Source: Pseudomonadota bacterium (GTDB lineage: Bacteria > Pseudomonadota > Gammaproteobacteria > Burkholderiales > Usitatibacteraceae). Taken from it: 64,000 nt of DNA. The DNA lies in NCBI GenBank assembly GCA_029781595.1, contig JAKOWJ010000280.1, positions 7,042 through 71,041 of the forward strand. The letters are read 5' to 3'. Position 1 is the first letter of the stretch. Every line of letters begins with the position of its first letter. The notes under the pieces are model-generated. The model saw only the letters and a program-made list of their open reading frames with translations, was not told the DNA's origin and searched no databases. Shown in pieces: positions 45,339 through 57,415 of the stretch. A program made the translations under genes and the position numbers.

Positions 45339-45668
45339 ATGACGCAGGCCATGGTCGGGCGCCTCGAGGGTCTCCTGGCGTCGGGAAAGGACGGGCCGCT
45401 CCTGCGGTTCGGGCTGGGGTCCGAGTATCTCCGGGCCGGCCTCCCGGCGCAGGCCGTGCCGCACCTGCGCGAGGCGGTGAGACTCGACCCGGGCTATTCC
45501 GCGGCCTGGAAGCTGCTGGGCCGCGCGCTGGAGAACGAAGACCCGGACGGGGCCGGGGAGGCCTACCGGAAGGGCATCGCCGCGGCCCAGGCGAAGGGCG
45601 ACAAGCAGGCCGGGCGGGAGATGGCCGTGTTCCTGCGCCGCCTGGAACGCGGCGCCGCGCCCCGCTAG
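45339..45668 (+). CDS. Small tetratricopeptide-repeat (TPR) protein
   Basis: 109-aa ORF with a GGCGGAG SD and a TPR-like segment [23 protein letters not shown]. Function unknown. Confidence 0.5.
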   Translation: MTQAMVGRLEGLLASGKDGPLLRFGLGSEYLRAGLPAQAVPHLREAVRLDPGYSAAWKLLGRALENEDPDGAGEAYRKGIAAAQAKGDKQAGREMAVFLRRLERGAAPR

Positions 45669-46744
45669 GACGCGAGGAAAGACTCCAGTGCCGCGAGGGG
45701 CGCGCCTTTCTCGATGGCACCGCGGCCGAGCCCGTCAAGGAGGATGAGGGTGATGCGCCCCGACTCGTTCTTCTTGTCGCGGCCCATCGCCTCCAGCCAG
45801 GCTTCCACGGCCAGGGCCGGCGGGCGGACGGGCAGGCCCGCGCGCTCGAGGAGGCGCTGCAGGCGGTCGGCATCCGCCCCGGGCAGGCGGCCCAGGCGGG
45901 CGGAGAAGCGCGCCGCCATCACCATGCCGGCGGCGACGGCCTCGCCGTGCAGCCACGTCCCGTAGCCTTCCAGCGTCTCGATCGCGTGGCCGAAGGTGTG
46001 CCCGAGGTTGAGCAACGCCCGCGGGCCGGCCTCGCGCTCGTCGAGGGCGACGATCTCGGCCTTGAGCTCGCACGAGCGGCCGATCGCGTACGCGAGGGCG
46101 GCGTCGTCCCGCGCCCGGAGAGCGTCGATGTTCGCCTCCAGCCATCCCAGGAACGCGAGGTCGCGGATGGCCCCGTACTTGATCACCTCCGCGAGCCCGG
46201 CGGCGAGTTCGCGGTCGGGCAGCGTCGCGAGCGTGCCGGTGTCCGCGATGACGGCCAGCGGCTGGTGGAACGCGCCGATCATGTTCTTGCCCAGCGCGTG
46301 GTTCACCGCCGTCTTGCCTCCGACGGACGAGTCCACCTGCGCGAGAAGCGTGGTCGGGACCTGCACGAAGGGCACGCCTCGCTGGTAGGTGGCCGCCGCG
46401 AAGCCCGCGAGGTCGCCCACCACGCCTCCGCCCAGCGCGACGAGCACCGTCTTGCGGTCCGCGCCCCTGCGAAGGAGCTCCCCGAACACCGCGTCCAGCG
46501 TCTCCCACCGCTTCGCCGCCTCGCCGTCCGGGATCACGATCCGGAAATGGCGCACGCCGCAGGCCGAGAGCGTGCGCTCGAGCGCCTCCGCGTACAGGGG
46601 CGCGACCACGTCGTTGGTGACCACCGCGGCTCTGCCCGACGCGAAGTGGGGCCGGAACAGGTCGGCCCGCGCCAGCAGGCCCCCGCCGATGTGGATCGGG
46701 TAGCTGCGCTCGCCGAGGCCGACCTCGAGGGTGCGCGGGCTCAT
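45665..46744 (-). CDS. aroB: 3-dehydroquinate synthase
   Basis: Start set to ATG 46744 (ATGA overlap with the aroK stop; [20 protein letters not shown]). Motif [20 protein letters not shown]. Confidence 0.93.
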   Translation of the reverse strand: MSPRTLEVGLGERSYPIHIGGGLLARADLFRPHFASGRAAVVTNDVVAPLYAEALERTLSACGVRHFRIVIPDGEAAKRWETLDAVFGELLRRGADRKTVLVALGGGVVGDLAGFAAATYQRGVPFVQVPTTLLAQVDSSVGGKTAVNHALGKNMIGAFHQPLAVIADTGTLATLPDRELAAGLAEVIKYGAIRDLAFLGWLEANIDALRARDDAALAYAIGRSCELKAEIVALDEREAGPRALLNLGHTFGHAIETLEGYGTWLHGEAVAAGMVMAARFSARLGRLPGADADRLQRLLERAGLPVRPPALAVEAWLEAMGRDKKNESGRITLILLDGLGRGAIEKGAPLAALESFLAS

Positions 46745-47283
46745 GGGTCGGCGGAGGGGCATCCGCCCTCGCGGTCGGCCAGGACCTCGGCGATGCGGCC
46801 CGCGAGGGAACCGGCGGAAGGGGCGCCGCTTTCCACGACGATGTGCGCGGTCTCCAGGTAGAGCGGGTCGCGCACGGCGAGCAGCTCGGCGAGCGTGGCG
46901 CGGCGGTCGCCCGTGGCGAGAAGCGGGCGCGAGGTGTCCCGGCGCGTGCGCTCGTGGAGCTGGTCCACGCCGGCGCGCAGGTACACCACGGTGCCGCTGT
47001 CCCGCATGATCCGGCGATTCTCCTCGGCCAGCACGGCGCCGCCGCCGGTGGCCACGACGGTGGACTCTCGCTTCGCGAGCTCGGCCAGGACGGCCGTCTC
47101 GCGGCGCCGGAATCCCGCCTCGCCCTCGATCTCGAAGATGGTGGCCACCGGAACGCCCGTGCGGGAGACGATCTCGCGGTCGCAGTCGACGAAGCTGCGG
47201 CCCAGGCGCCGGGCGAGCGCCTTTCCCACGGTGCTCTTGCCCGCGCCCATCATCCCCACCAGGAAAACGTTGCCCGCCGACAT
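46741..47283 (-). CDS. aroK: Shikimate kinase
   Basis: 180 aa with Walker [12 protein letters not shown]. Confidence 0.93.
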   Translation of the reverse strand: MSAGNVFLVGMMGAGKSTVGKALARRLGRSFVDCDREIVSRTGVPVATIFEIEGEAGFRRRETAVLAELAKRESTVVATGGGAVLAEENRRIMRDSGTVVYLRAGVDQLHERTRRDTSRPLLATGDRRATLAELLAVRDPLYLETAHIVVESGAPSAGSLAGRIAEVLADREGGCPSADP

Positions 47284-47312
47284 GCGATCGCCCTCGCCCG
47301 AAGCATAGCGCA

Positions 47313-47342
47313 GAAACGAAAAGCCCCGGCGGCGCCGGGGCT
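47313..47342 (-). terminator. Rho-independent terminator-like hairpin after pilQ
   Basis: On the minus strand AGCCCCGGC-GCC-GCCGGGGCT is followed by TTTCGTTTCTG (interrupted T-tract). Confidence 0.5.
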
Positions 47343-47362
47343 CTTCGCGAAGGGCCTGCCCG

Positions 47363-49567
47363 TCAGCGGACCGTGAGGGTGTCCTTCACGATCTTCGGCG
47401 TGACGAAGATCAGCAGCTCGGTCTTGTCGTCCTGCTTCACCGTGCGCTTGAAGAGGTTGCCGATCACCGGGACGTCGCCCAGCAGCGGCACCTTCTCGAC
47501 CGTGGTGCGCGTCGTCTGCTCGAAGATGCCGCCCAGCACGATCGTGTCGCCGTTGTCGCACAGGACCTGCGTGGTCACCTTCTTCGTGTCGATCGACGGG
47601 ATGTTCGCGAAGATCTGGCCCACGGAGTCCTTCTTCACCTCGAGGTCCATGATGATCCGGTCGTCCGGCGTGATGCGCGGGGTGACCGCGAGCTCCAGGA
47701 CCGCGGGCTTGAAGGCGATCGTCGTGGCGCCGCTCGCCGCGGCCGTCTGGTACGGGATCTCGGTGCCCTGCGAGATCACCGCCTTCTTCTTGTCGGCCGT
47801 GATGACGCGCGGGCTCGAGACCACCTTGCCGCGGTTGTCGGCCTCGAGTGCGGAGAGCTCGATGTTCACCAGGTTGCCGCTGCCCAGGTTCAGGATCGAC
47901 AGGGCCAGGGAGCCGGCGGCGCCGACCACGGGAAGGTTCACGTTGAGCTGCTCGGGCTGCGAGCCGGCCGGGATGTTGCCCTGCGGGCCGCGGTCGAAGG
48001 TCTGCGTGAAGCCCGGGCTAGTGAGGCTCGCGGAGCCGCGCGAGAGCGGGTTGTTCGACAGGGGCTGGACGGTGTCGACCAGGTTGCCGGACACGCCGTA
48101 GTTGCGGTTGCCGGAACTGAAGGCCGACTGCGTGCCGAAGCGCGCGCCCAGCTGGCGGCCCCACTTGTCGTCGGCGATGACGATGCGGGCCTCGATCATC
48201 ACCTGGCGCACCGGCACGTCGAGCTGCTGGATCAGGCGGCGGGCCTCCTCGAGGCGCGCGCCCGTGTCCTGCACGAACAGCGTGTTGGTGCGCTCGTCCA
48301 CCGTGGCGCTTCCGCGCTTGGACAGGATCTTCTGGTCCTTGTCCGACAGGAGCTTCTTGAGGTCGTCGGCCTTGGCGTAGGACAGGGCGAACGACTCGGT
48401 GCGAAGCGGCTCGAGGTCGGAGATCTGGGCGTTGGCTTCCAGGGCGAGCTTCTCCTTGGCGGCCAGCTCGTCCGTCGGCGCGATGAGCACCACGTTGCCG
48501 TTCTTGCGCTTGGACAGGCCCTTGGACTGCAGGATGATGTCCAGCGCCTGGTCCCACGGCACGTCCTTCAGGCGCAGCGTGAGGTTGCCGCCCACCGTGT
48601 CGCTCGTGATGATGTTCAGGCCCGTGAAGTCGGCGATCACCTGCAGCACGGCGCGGACCTCGACGTTCTGGAAGTTGAGCGACAGCTTCTCGCCCGCGTA
48701 GCCCGGCGTGGAGCTCTGCACGAGCTTGTTCGGGTCTTCCTTGACCGGCTTCACCTCGAGGATGAACTGGGTGTCGGTCTGGTACGCGGAGTATTCCCAG
48801 ATGCCCCGCGGTTCGATCACCATGCGCGCGTTGCCGCCCTGCTCGAAGGTGTCCACGAAGCGCACCGGCGTGCCGAAGTCGCCCACGTCGAGGCGGCGGA
48901 CGAGGTTGCGGGGCGCCGACGTGTTGATGAAGTCGACCAGGATGGAACGGCCCTGCTGGCGGATGTCGATGCCGATGTTGGCCGAGGACAGGTCCACGAT
49001 CACGCGGCCCTCGCCGGCGTTGCCGCGGCGGAAGTCGACGTCGCGGATGTTCTGGCGGACGGCGCCCGGGGCGGCCTCCGCGAAGACGGTGGAGACCGAG
49101 GCGCCGGTCGCGCCCGGAGCGGCGGCGGCGGAGGCGGGGACCTGCGAGCCGTCGATGGTGACCACCAGGAGCTTGCCGTCCAGCGCCGCGGTGTAGGTGA
49201 GGCTGCGCGCGAGGTTCATCACGAGGCGCGTGCGGTTGGCGGTCTGGACGACGGACACGCTCTTCAGGTCCCCTTCGCCGGCCTCGACCTGGGTCTTGCC
49301 CAGCGCGCTCGAGGTGTCGGGCAGGTCGATGGCGATCCGGGCGGGGTTGGTGACCGCGAAGCTCTGCGGCACGGCCGACAGGGCGTCCTTCATCCCCACC
49401 TTGACCAGGATCTTGCCGCCCTGGATGGAGGAGAAGGTGATCGACTCGACCACATTCTTGGCCGCGCCCTGTGCCCAGGCGAGCGGGGCGGCGAGCGCGA
49501 GCACGAGCGCCGTGAGGGCGGCCGGGAGCGCGCCGGAGGTTCGGATGCGGAAGAAGTTGGAGGTCAC
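47363..49567 (-). CDS. pilQ: Type IV pilus secretin PilQ
   Basis: 734 aa with a signal peptide, AMIN-like N-terminal repeats and a C-terminal secretin domain (VPLLGDVPVIGNLFK). Follows pilP. Confidence 0.93.
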   Translation of the reverse strand: MTSNFFRIRTSGALPAALTALVLALAAPLAWAQGAAKNVVESITFSSIQGGKILVKVGMKDALSAVPQSFAVTNPARIAIDLPDTSSALGKTQVEAGEGDLKSVSVVQTANRTRLVMNLARSLTYTAALDGKLLVVTIDGSQVPASAAAAPGATGASVSTVFAEAAPGAVRQNIRDVDFRRGNAGEGRVIVDLSSANIGIDIRQQGRSILVDFINTSAPRNLVRRLDVGDFGTPVRFVDTFEQGGNARMVIEPRGIWEYSAYQTDTQFILEVKPVKEDPNKLVQSSTPGYAGEKLSLNFQNVEVRAVLQVIADFTGLNIITSDTVGGNLTLRLKDVPWDQALDIILQSKGLSKRKNGNVVLIAPTDELAAKEKLALEANAQISDLEPLRTESFALSYAKADDLKKLLSDKDQKILSKRGSATVDERTNTLFVQDTGARLEEARRLIQQLDVPVRQVMIEARIVIADDKWGRQLGARFGTQSAFSSGNRNYGVSGNLVDTVQPLSNNPLSRGSASLTSPGFTQTFDRGPQGNIPAGSQPEQLNVNLPVVGAAGSLALSILNLGSGNLVNIELSALEADNRGKVVSSPRVITADKKKAVISQGTEIPYQTAAASGATTIAFKPAVLELAVTPRITPDDRIIMDLEVKKDSVGQIFANIPSIDTKKVTTQVLCDNGDTIVLGGIFEQTTRTTVEKVPLLGDVPVIGNLFKRTVKQDDKTELLIFVTPKIVKDTLTVR

Positions 49568-50088
49568 TTTCTATCCCCTTTGCCGGTCTCTTCGAGCAGC
49601 GGCAGCACGCTCTGCCGTTCCGCCCAGTCCCCGGCGCTGTCCTGGACGATTTCCTTGAGCTTGATCTCTGCGTCGGTGATGTCGGTGATGAGGCCGAAGT
49701 TCTGCCCCATGTAGTTGCCCTTCTTCACGCGATACAGGGTCTTGTCGGCGCGCACGATGGCGTACATGTCCTTGCCTTGCTGGAGCGTGCCGACCATCTT
49801 CAGCTGTTCGAGCGGGTAAGCCTCGAGCGGCTCCTTGCGCCGGTTGAGATCGGGCGCGATGCCGCCGCCGCCGCCTTCCTTCGAGGTGATCTTGCGCGGC
49901 TTGAACGGGTCCGGGAGGTCGAATCCCTCGTAGGTGAACGGCTCGAAGGGCTTGACGGCCGGCAGCGGCTCGATCTTGCGCGGCAGGCTCTTCTCCGAGT
50001 CCTTCACGAACTGGCGCAACTCGTCCATGTCCGAGCTGCACGACGCGAGGGCGAGCGCCGCGGCGGGCGCGATCAGCCAGCGCTTCAT
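49564..50088 (-). CDS. pilP: Type IV pilus assembly lipoprotein PilP
   Basis: 174 aa with a lipobox LALASC, located between pilO and pilQ. Confidence 0.85.
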   Translation of the reverse strand: MKRWLIAPAAALALASCSSDMDELRQFVKDSEKSLPRKIEPLPAVKPFEPFTYEGFDLPDPFKPRKITSKEGGGGGIAPDLNRRKEPLEAYPLEQLKMVGTLQQGKDMYAIVRADKTLYRVKKGNYMGQNFGLITDITDAEIKLKEIVQDSAGDWAERQSVLPLLEETGKGDRK

Positions 50089-50729
50089 TTGCGGGCCCCC
50101 TTCTTCGCCTTGTCCTTGGCGGCCTTCTTCTGCTTGGCGATCTCGTCCTCGTCCAGGTAGCGATAGGTCTTGGCCACCGCCTCCATGGAGAGCAGGCCCT
50201 CCTTGTTGGGCGGGTCGATCTTCAGGTCGGTGAGCAGGACGATCCGGGGCATCTTCGCGACGTCGCTGGCGAACGCGCCCAGGTCATGGTAGTTGCCCGT
50301 CACCTTGAGGTTCACCGGCAGCTCCGCGTAGAACTCCGTGAAGTTCTCCGTCTGGCTCGGCTTGAACAGCTCGAACGACAGGCCGCGGCCCAGCCCGGCC
50401 TGGTTGATGTCGATGAGCAGGGCGTCCATCTCGCTCTTGTTCGGCAGCTGCTTCAGGAGCGCGCCGAACGACTGCTCGATCTCGGCGCGCTGCTGCTTGT
50501 AGGCCTCGAGGTTGACGGCGAGCTTCTTCTTCTCGAGGAAGGCCTGCTTCTGCTTGTCCACTTCCACGCGGCCGGCCTCGATCGCGTCGTTCTGGCCCTG
50601 CCAGAGCAGGAAGAACGCGCCGACCTGGATGGCCACGAACAGCAGCACGAACGCGCCGATCTTGATCGGCCACGGCCAGTTGCCGGGCTGCTTGGGGTCC
50701 AGCGTCCTGAGTTCGTCGAGGAGGTTCAT
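50085..50729 (-). CDS. pilO: Type IV pilus assembly protein PilO
   Basis: 214 aa, single TM then coiled coil. Called from position in the pilMNOPQ order. Confidence 0.85.
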   Translation of the reverse strand: MNLLDELRTLDPKQPGNWPWPIKIGAFVLLFVAIQVGAFFLLWQGQNDAIEAGRVEVDKQKQAFLEKKKLAVNLEAYKQQRAEIEQSFGALLKQLPNKSEMDALLIDINQAGLGRGLSFELFKPSQTENFTEFYAELPVNLKVTGNYHDLGAFASDVAKMPRIVLLTDLKIDPPNKEGLLSMEAVAKTYRYLDEDEIAKQKKAAKDKAKKGARK

Positions 50730-51334
50730 TATTTGGCCCCCGCCTTCGCCGCGGCCGCCCGCGAGCCCTTGGTCTCCTCGGCCTTGGCGCGCTTGAGCGA
50801 GATGTTCATGCTGAACTCGTTCACCCGCTTGTTCGGGTTGTTGTTCAGCAGCACGGCCTTGATCTCGATGAGCTCGGGGTTCTCGAGGTAGGGCGAGGCG
50901 CCCAGGTTGCGCATGAGCGTCGAGACGCGGGCGTTCGACTGCGCGTAGCCCTGCACGTTGACCTTCACGCCGGTCTGCTTGATCTGCTTGAGGTAGATGC
51001 CCTCGGGAAGCTGGCGCAGGAGCTGGTCAAGCAGCTGGACGGGCTCGGAGCGGTTGCTCTGCAGCCCCTCGACCACCTGCTTCTTGGCGATGAGGGAGGC
51101 GGTCTCCTCGCGGATCTTGCGGATCTCCTCGATCTGCTTGTCCAGCTTGGCGATCTCGCCCTTCATGTAGGCGACGTTGGAGCGCTGGCGCTCGACCTGC
51201 TGGTCGAGGAAGAACCAGACCGCGCCGGCCGCCACCAGGCCCAGCAGGACCGTCATCACCGCGATGCTCAGGAACTGCTGCTGGCGGCGCTTGCGCTTCT
51301 CCTCCCGGTGCGGGAGCAGGTTGATGCGGATCAT
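50729..51334 (-). CDS. pilN: Type IV pilus assembly protein PilN
   Basis: 201 aa. The N-terminal MIRINLLPHREEKR is the conserved PilN motif. Confidence 0.88.
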   Translation of the reverse strand: MIRINLLPHREEKRKRRQQQFLSIAVMTVLLGLVAAGAVWFFLDQQVERQRSNVAYMKGEIAKLDKQIEEIRKIREETASLIAKKQVVEGLQSNRSEPVQLLDQLLRQLPEGIYLKQIKQTGVKVNVQGYAQSNARVSTLMRNLGASPYLENPELIEIKAVLLNNNPNKRVNEFSMNISLKRAKAEETKGSRAAAAKAGAK

Positions 51335-52428
51335 GACGGGTCGAACCTCCGCATCGCGAGGCCGCAGGCCACCATGAGCGACGGGGCGTCCATCGTGAGC
51401 TGGCGCGGCTTGATCTTCGACGACAGCGCCATGTTGGCGAAGGGGTTGGCGACGAGCGTGTGCACCTGCGTGCGCTGCGACACCATCTCCTCCAGCCCGT
51501 CGAGCATCGCGCAGCCGCCGGTGAGCAGGATGTGGTCGACCTTGTTGAACTGGGTCGAGGTGAAGAAGAACTGCAGCGCCCGCTGGATCTCGAGCACGAT
51601 CTTCTCGTTGAACGGCGCCAGCACGTCCGGCCCGAAGTTCTCCGGCAGGCTTCCCACGCGCTTGGCCGCCTCGGCCTCCTCGGACGGCATGTCGAAGGCG
51701 CGCGCGATCTCCTGGGTGAGCTGGTTGCCGCCGATCTGCTGTTCGCGGGTGTAGACGGTCTGGCCGTTGTGCAGGACGGTGACGCGGGTCACGGTGGCGC
51801 CGATGTCGACGATGACCGTGACGTCGCTCTCCTTGACCCCGGAGGCGCCCTCGCAGATCAGCTCGAACGCGGCCTGGGCGGCGTAGGACTCGACGTCCAT
51901 CACGATGGTCTTCAGGCCCGCCGCCTCGGCGGCGGCCACGCGGTCCTCGATCTTCTCCTTGCGGGAGGCGGCGATGAGGACCTCGACCTCGTCGTCCCCG
52001 GAGGGGGCGGGGCCCAGGACCTGGAAGTCCAGGTTGACCTCGTCCAGGGAGAACGGGATGTACTGGTTCGCCTCGCTCTGGACCTGGACCTCCATGTCCT
52101 CCTCCCGCTGGTTGCCGGGCAGGATCACCTTCTTGGTGATCACCGCGGCCGCGGGAAGCGCCATGGCGATGTTCTTGATCCGGGAGCCGAGGACCTTGTG
52201 GGCGCGCTTGATGGCCTCGCCCGCGGCCTCGATGTTGGCGATGTTGCCGTCGACGACGGTGTCCTTGGGCAGGGGCTCGATCGCGTACCGCTCCACGCGA
52301 TAGACGTTCCGGCCAGCCTCCGCGATCTCGACCAGCTTCACGGAAGACGAGCTGATGTCGCAGCCGATGAGCGGCGGCGTCTTTGCCTTCAGGAAGTCGA
52401 ATTGATCAGCGAGTTTTTCTTTAAGCAT
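51331..52428 (-). CDS. pilM: Type IV pilus assembly ATPase-like protein PilM
   Basis: 365 aa with an actin-like fold (LIGCDISSSSVKLVEI). First gene of the pilMNOPQ run. Confidence 0.9.
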   Translation of the reverse strand: MLKEKLADQFDFLKAKTPPLIGCDISSSSVKLVEIAEAGRNVYRVERYAIEPLPKDTVVDGNIANIEAAGEAIKRAHKVLGSRIKNIAMALPAAAVITKKVILPGNQREEDMEVQVQSEANQYIPFSLDEVNLDFQVLGPAPSGDDEVEVLIAASRKEKIEDRVAAAEAAGLKTIVMDVESYAAQAAFELICEGASGVKESDVTVIVDIGATVTRVTVLHNGQTVYTREQQIGGNQLTQEIARAFDMPSEEAEAAKRVGSLPENFGPDVLAPFNEKIVLEIQRALQFFFTSTQFNKVDHILLTGGCAMLDGLEEMVSQRTQVHTLVANPFANMALSSKIKPRQLTMDAPSLMVACGLAMRRFDPS

Positions 52429-52604
52429 GGTGGAGGCTTAGCACCCACTGCGAAGAATCTACTTTAGATGCTAGCAACAAGTATTAGGAGTGTAAAGCAT
52501 TTTGTCTGGAGGGCTCCGGAACCCCCGCCCGTCTATAATGTCAGCCGATTTTCCCCGCCCGGCGGGGACCGGTTTGCTTGTCCCTCCGCCAGGCCCGCCC
52601 GACC

Positions 52605-54929
52605 ATGACCTCCCGCTGGTGGTTCTACCCCGCGCTCGTCGCCCTGTCCCTCGCCTTCGTCGCGGCCGGGGTGGGCGCGCTCACGGTGATCCTTCTGTGG
52701 CCGAACCTGCCTTCCCTCGAGTCCCTGACGGACTACCGGCCGAAGATCCCCCTGCGGGTCTACAGCGCCGAGGGCGATCTCATCGGCGAGTTCGGGGAGG
52801 AGAAAAGGGCGCTGGTGCACATCCAGGACGTCCCGGATGTCATGAAGCATGCCATCCTCGCGGCCGAGGACGACCGCTTCTACCAGCACGGCGGCGTGGA
52901 TTTCTCCGGGGTCGCCCGGGCGGCCCTCGCCAACCTCCAGGGGCGGCGGGAGGGAGCCAGCACCATCACCATGCAGGTGGCCCGCACCTTCTTCCTCACC
53001 CGGGAGAAGACCATCGCCCGCAAGCTCTCGGAGGTCCTGCTCGCCTTCAAGATCGAGGCGAGCCTCACCAAGGACCAGATCCTCGAGCTCTACCTCAACC
53101 AGATCTTCCTCGGCAGCCGGGCCTACGGGTTCGCCTCGGCGGCCAATGTCTATTTCGGGAAGAACCTGCCGGAGCTCACGGCGGCCGAGGCCGCCATGCT
53201 GGCGGGCCTGCCCCAGGCGCCCTCCCGGCAGAACCCGTTCGTCAATCCCAAGCGGGCCCAGCAGCGCCAGCAGTACGTGCTGCGGCGCATGCGCGACGTG
53301 GGCTGGCTCTCGGACGAGCAGTACCGGAAGGCCCTGGCCGAGCCGCTGCGCCTGAATCCCAACCAGCGGGAGACCTTCCCGGTGCGGGCCGACTACGTGG
53401 CCGAGATGGCCCGGGCGGCGGTCTTCGAGCAGTACGGCGAGTCGGCCTACGTGAGCGGGATCCGCGTGGAGACCACCGTCCGGCGAAAGGACCAGGAAGC
53501 CGCGTACGCCGCCCTTCGCCAGGGGGTGCTGGAGTACGACCGCCGGCACGGCTACCGGGGGCCCGAGGCCTATGTCCGCCTGCCCGCGGCCCCCGGGCCG
53601 GAACTGGACGAGGCCCTGGAGGAAGCGCTGCAGGACCGCGAGCCCATCGGGGAACTCGCCCCGGCCATCGTCCTGCAGGCGAGCCCGCGCGAGGTGGTGG
53701 CCGCCATGCGCCGCGGCGACCCGGTGACCATCCGCGGGGAGGGGCTCAAGTTCGCGGCCCGGGCGCTCGCCGACCGAACCGACCCCGACCACGCGATCCG
53801 CCGCGGGGCCGTGATCCGGCTCCAGGCCGGCGAGAAGGGGGCCTGGAGCATCGCCCAGATCCCCAAGGTGGAGGCGGCGCTCGTCGCGCTCGAGCCGGAC
53901 AACGGGGCCATCCGCGGCCTGGCCGGCGGCTTCGACTTCCACGCGAGCAAGTTCAATCACGTGACCCAGGCCTGGCGCCAGCCCGGCTCCAGCTTCAAGC
54001 CTTTCATCTACTCGGCCGCGCTGGAGAAGGGCTTCACCCCGGCCACGGTGCTCAACGACGCGCCGTTCGTGATCGACGCGGCCAAGACCGGCGGGCAGCT
54101 CTGGGAGCCGAAGAACTACGAGGGCAAGTACGAGGGGCCGATGCGGCTGCGCACGGCGCTCGCCAAGTCCAAGAACATGGTGTCCATCCGCCTGCTGCAG
54201 GCGATCGGCACCGACTACGCCCAGGACTACATCCAGAAGTTCGGGTTCGACCCGAAGAACCACCCGCCCTACCTCACGATGGCGCTGGGTGCCGGCTCGG
54301 CCACGCCGCTGCAGATGGCCTCCGCCTACGCGGTCTTCGCCAACGGCGGGTTCCGGGTCAAGCCGTGGTTCATCTCGCGGATCGTCGACGACCGCGACCG
54401 CGTGCTCTACGAGGCCAAGCCCGAGGTGGCCGGCGGGAACGCCGAGCGCGTGCTCGACCCGCGCAACGCCTTCCTGATGACCAGCCTCATGCAGGACGTC
54501 GTGCGCTACGGCACCGCCGCGAGGGCCATGACGCTGGGCCGGCAGGACCTGGCCGGCAAGACGGGCACGACCAACGACCACGTGGACGCCTGGTTCGCCG
54601 GGTTCCAGTCGACGATGGTGGCCGTGGCCTGGATCGGATTCGACACGCCCGCGCCCATGGGGACCAACGAGACGGGCGGGCACGCCGCGCTGCCGATGTG
54701 GATGAGCTACATGGGCCGGATCCTCAAGGACGTACCCGAGACCCAGCTCGAGCCGCCGGCGGGCATCGTGGCCATCAGCATCGACCCGGTGACGGGCATG
54801 CGCGACCCGGACGGCCGCGGCAAGACCGTCGAGTACTTCTACCAGGAGAACCTGCCGGGGGCCGGCGAGCCCGGCGCCGGGCGCGATGCGGCCCGTCCCT
54901 CCGAAGAGGTCCGGAACCAGATCTTCTAG
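52605..54929 (+). CDS. mrcA: Penicillin-binding protein 1A (bifunctional transglycosylase/transpeptidase)
   Basis: Track ORF starts at TTG 52578; I prefer ATG 52605 (MTSRWWFYPALVAL). GT51 motif EDDRFYQHGGVD, transpeptidase motifs SSFKP and KTGTT. Divergent from pilM as in Pseudomonas. Confidence 0.93.
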   Translation: MTSRWWFYPALVALSLAFVAAGVGALTVILLWPNLPSLESLTDYRPKIPLRVYSAEGDLIGEFGEEKRALVHIQDVPDVMKHAILAAEDDRFYQHGGVDFSGVARAALANLQGRREGASTITMQVARTFFLTREKTIARKLSEVLLAFKIEASLTKDQILELYLNQIFLGSRAYGFASAANVYFGKNLPELTAAEAAMLAGLPQAPSRQNPFVNPKRAQQRQQYVLRRMRDVGWLSDEQYRKALAEPLRLNPNQRETFPVRADYVAEMARAAVFEQYGESAYVSGIRVETTVRRKDQEAAYAALRQGVLEYDRRHGYRGPEAYVRLPAAPGPELDEALEEALQDREPIGELAPAIVLQASPREVVAAMRRGDPVTIRGEGLKFAARALADRTDPDHAIRRGAVIRLQAGEKGAWSIAQIPKVEAALVALEPDNGAIRGLAGGFDFHASKFNHVTQAWRQPGSSFKPFIYSAALEKGFTPATVLNDAPFVIDAAKTGGQLWEPKNYEGKYEGPMRLRTALAKSKNMVSIRLLQAIGTDYAQDYIQKFGFDPKNHPPYLTMALGAGSATPLQMASAYAVFANGGFRVKPWFISRIVDDRDRVLYEAKPEVAGGNAERVLDPRNAFLMTSLMQDVVRYGTAARAMTLGRQDLAGKTGTTNDHVDAWFAGFQSTMVAVAWIGFDTPAPMGTNETGGHAALPMWMSYMGRILKDVPETQLEPPAGIVAISIDPVTGMRDPDGRGKTVEYFYQENLPGAGEPGAGRDAARPSEEVRNQIF

Positions 54930-54943
54930 GGCGCCCTCCCGAC

Positions 54944-56583
<1,640 letters not shown>

Positions 56584-56686
56584 TTAGCACGGCCACCGAC
56601 TCAGATCGCGTGAAGGGTAACTCCTTCCCCGCTTCTCCTCCCTGAGCGGGCGCCTTAATTCCCATTAAGGCTTTTCAGCCCCGGCC

Positions 56687-57307
56687 TTAGTCCCCTTTTG
56701 CCGGGGCTTTTTGTTGCCCGCCGCCCGCCCACTCCTCGATCACCGCCTTCGCCTCGGCCGTCCCGGTGCGCTTCAGGCTCGAGAAGAGCTGGGCCGTGGC
56801 GCCGGGGTAGATCGCCGCCAGGTCGCGGCGCACCTGCGCAAGCGTTCGCTGCGCGGCCTGCGCGGAGAGCTTGTCCGACTTCGACAGGAGCACGTGGACG
56901 CGCCGGCCGGCGGGCTGCAGCCAGGCGAGGAGCCTGCGGTCCGGGGGCATCAGGGGGTGGCGCGAGTCCATCACGACGACCACGCCCGCCAGCGGGTTCC
57001 GGTGGAACACGTACTCGCCGACCAGGGTGTCCCAGTGCTGGCGGACGTCGAGCGGGACGCCGGCGTAGCCGTAGCCGGGCAGGTCGACGAGCAGGGCCTG
57101 CTCGCCCACGGCGAAGAAGTTGATGAGTTGCGTGCGCCCGGGAGTCTTGCTGACGAAGGCGAGCCGGCGCCGGCCGGCGAGCGTGTTGAGGGCGCTCGAC
57201 TTGCCGGCGTTCGACCGGCCGATGAAGGCGATCTCCGGCGCGCCCGCGGGAGGCAGTCGGCGCGGATCGTGCACCGACAGCAGGTACCGGGCGTCCTCCA
57301 GCCGCAT
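56687..57307 (-). CDS. engB: Ribosome biogenesis GTP-binding protein EngB (YihA/YsxC)
   Basis: Start set to ATG 57307 (MRLEDARYLLSV...). G1 motif GRSNAGKSSALN and G3 motif DLPGYGYA. Confidence 0.9.
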   Translation of the reverse strand: MRLEDARYLLSVHDPRRLPPAGAPEIAFIGRSNAGKSSALNTLAGRRRLAFVSKTPGRTQLINFFAVGEQALLVDLPGYGYAGVPLDVRQHWDTLVGEYVFHRNPLAGVVVVMDSRHPLMPPDRRLLAWLQPAGRRVHVLLSKSDKLSAQAAQRTLAQVRRDLAAIYPGATAQLFSSLKRTGTAEAKAVIEEWAGGGQQKAPAKGD

Positions 57308-57415
57308 CGCGACCGGCCTCAGCCCGCGTCCGCCGCCGCGCCCGGGGTGGCGGGTGCGGCCCGCCCTACGGTAAAATCGGGCGGTTTCGGCGACTCGACT
57401 GACAGAGGATCGGCA

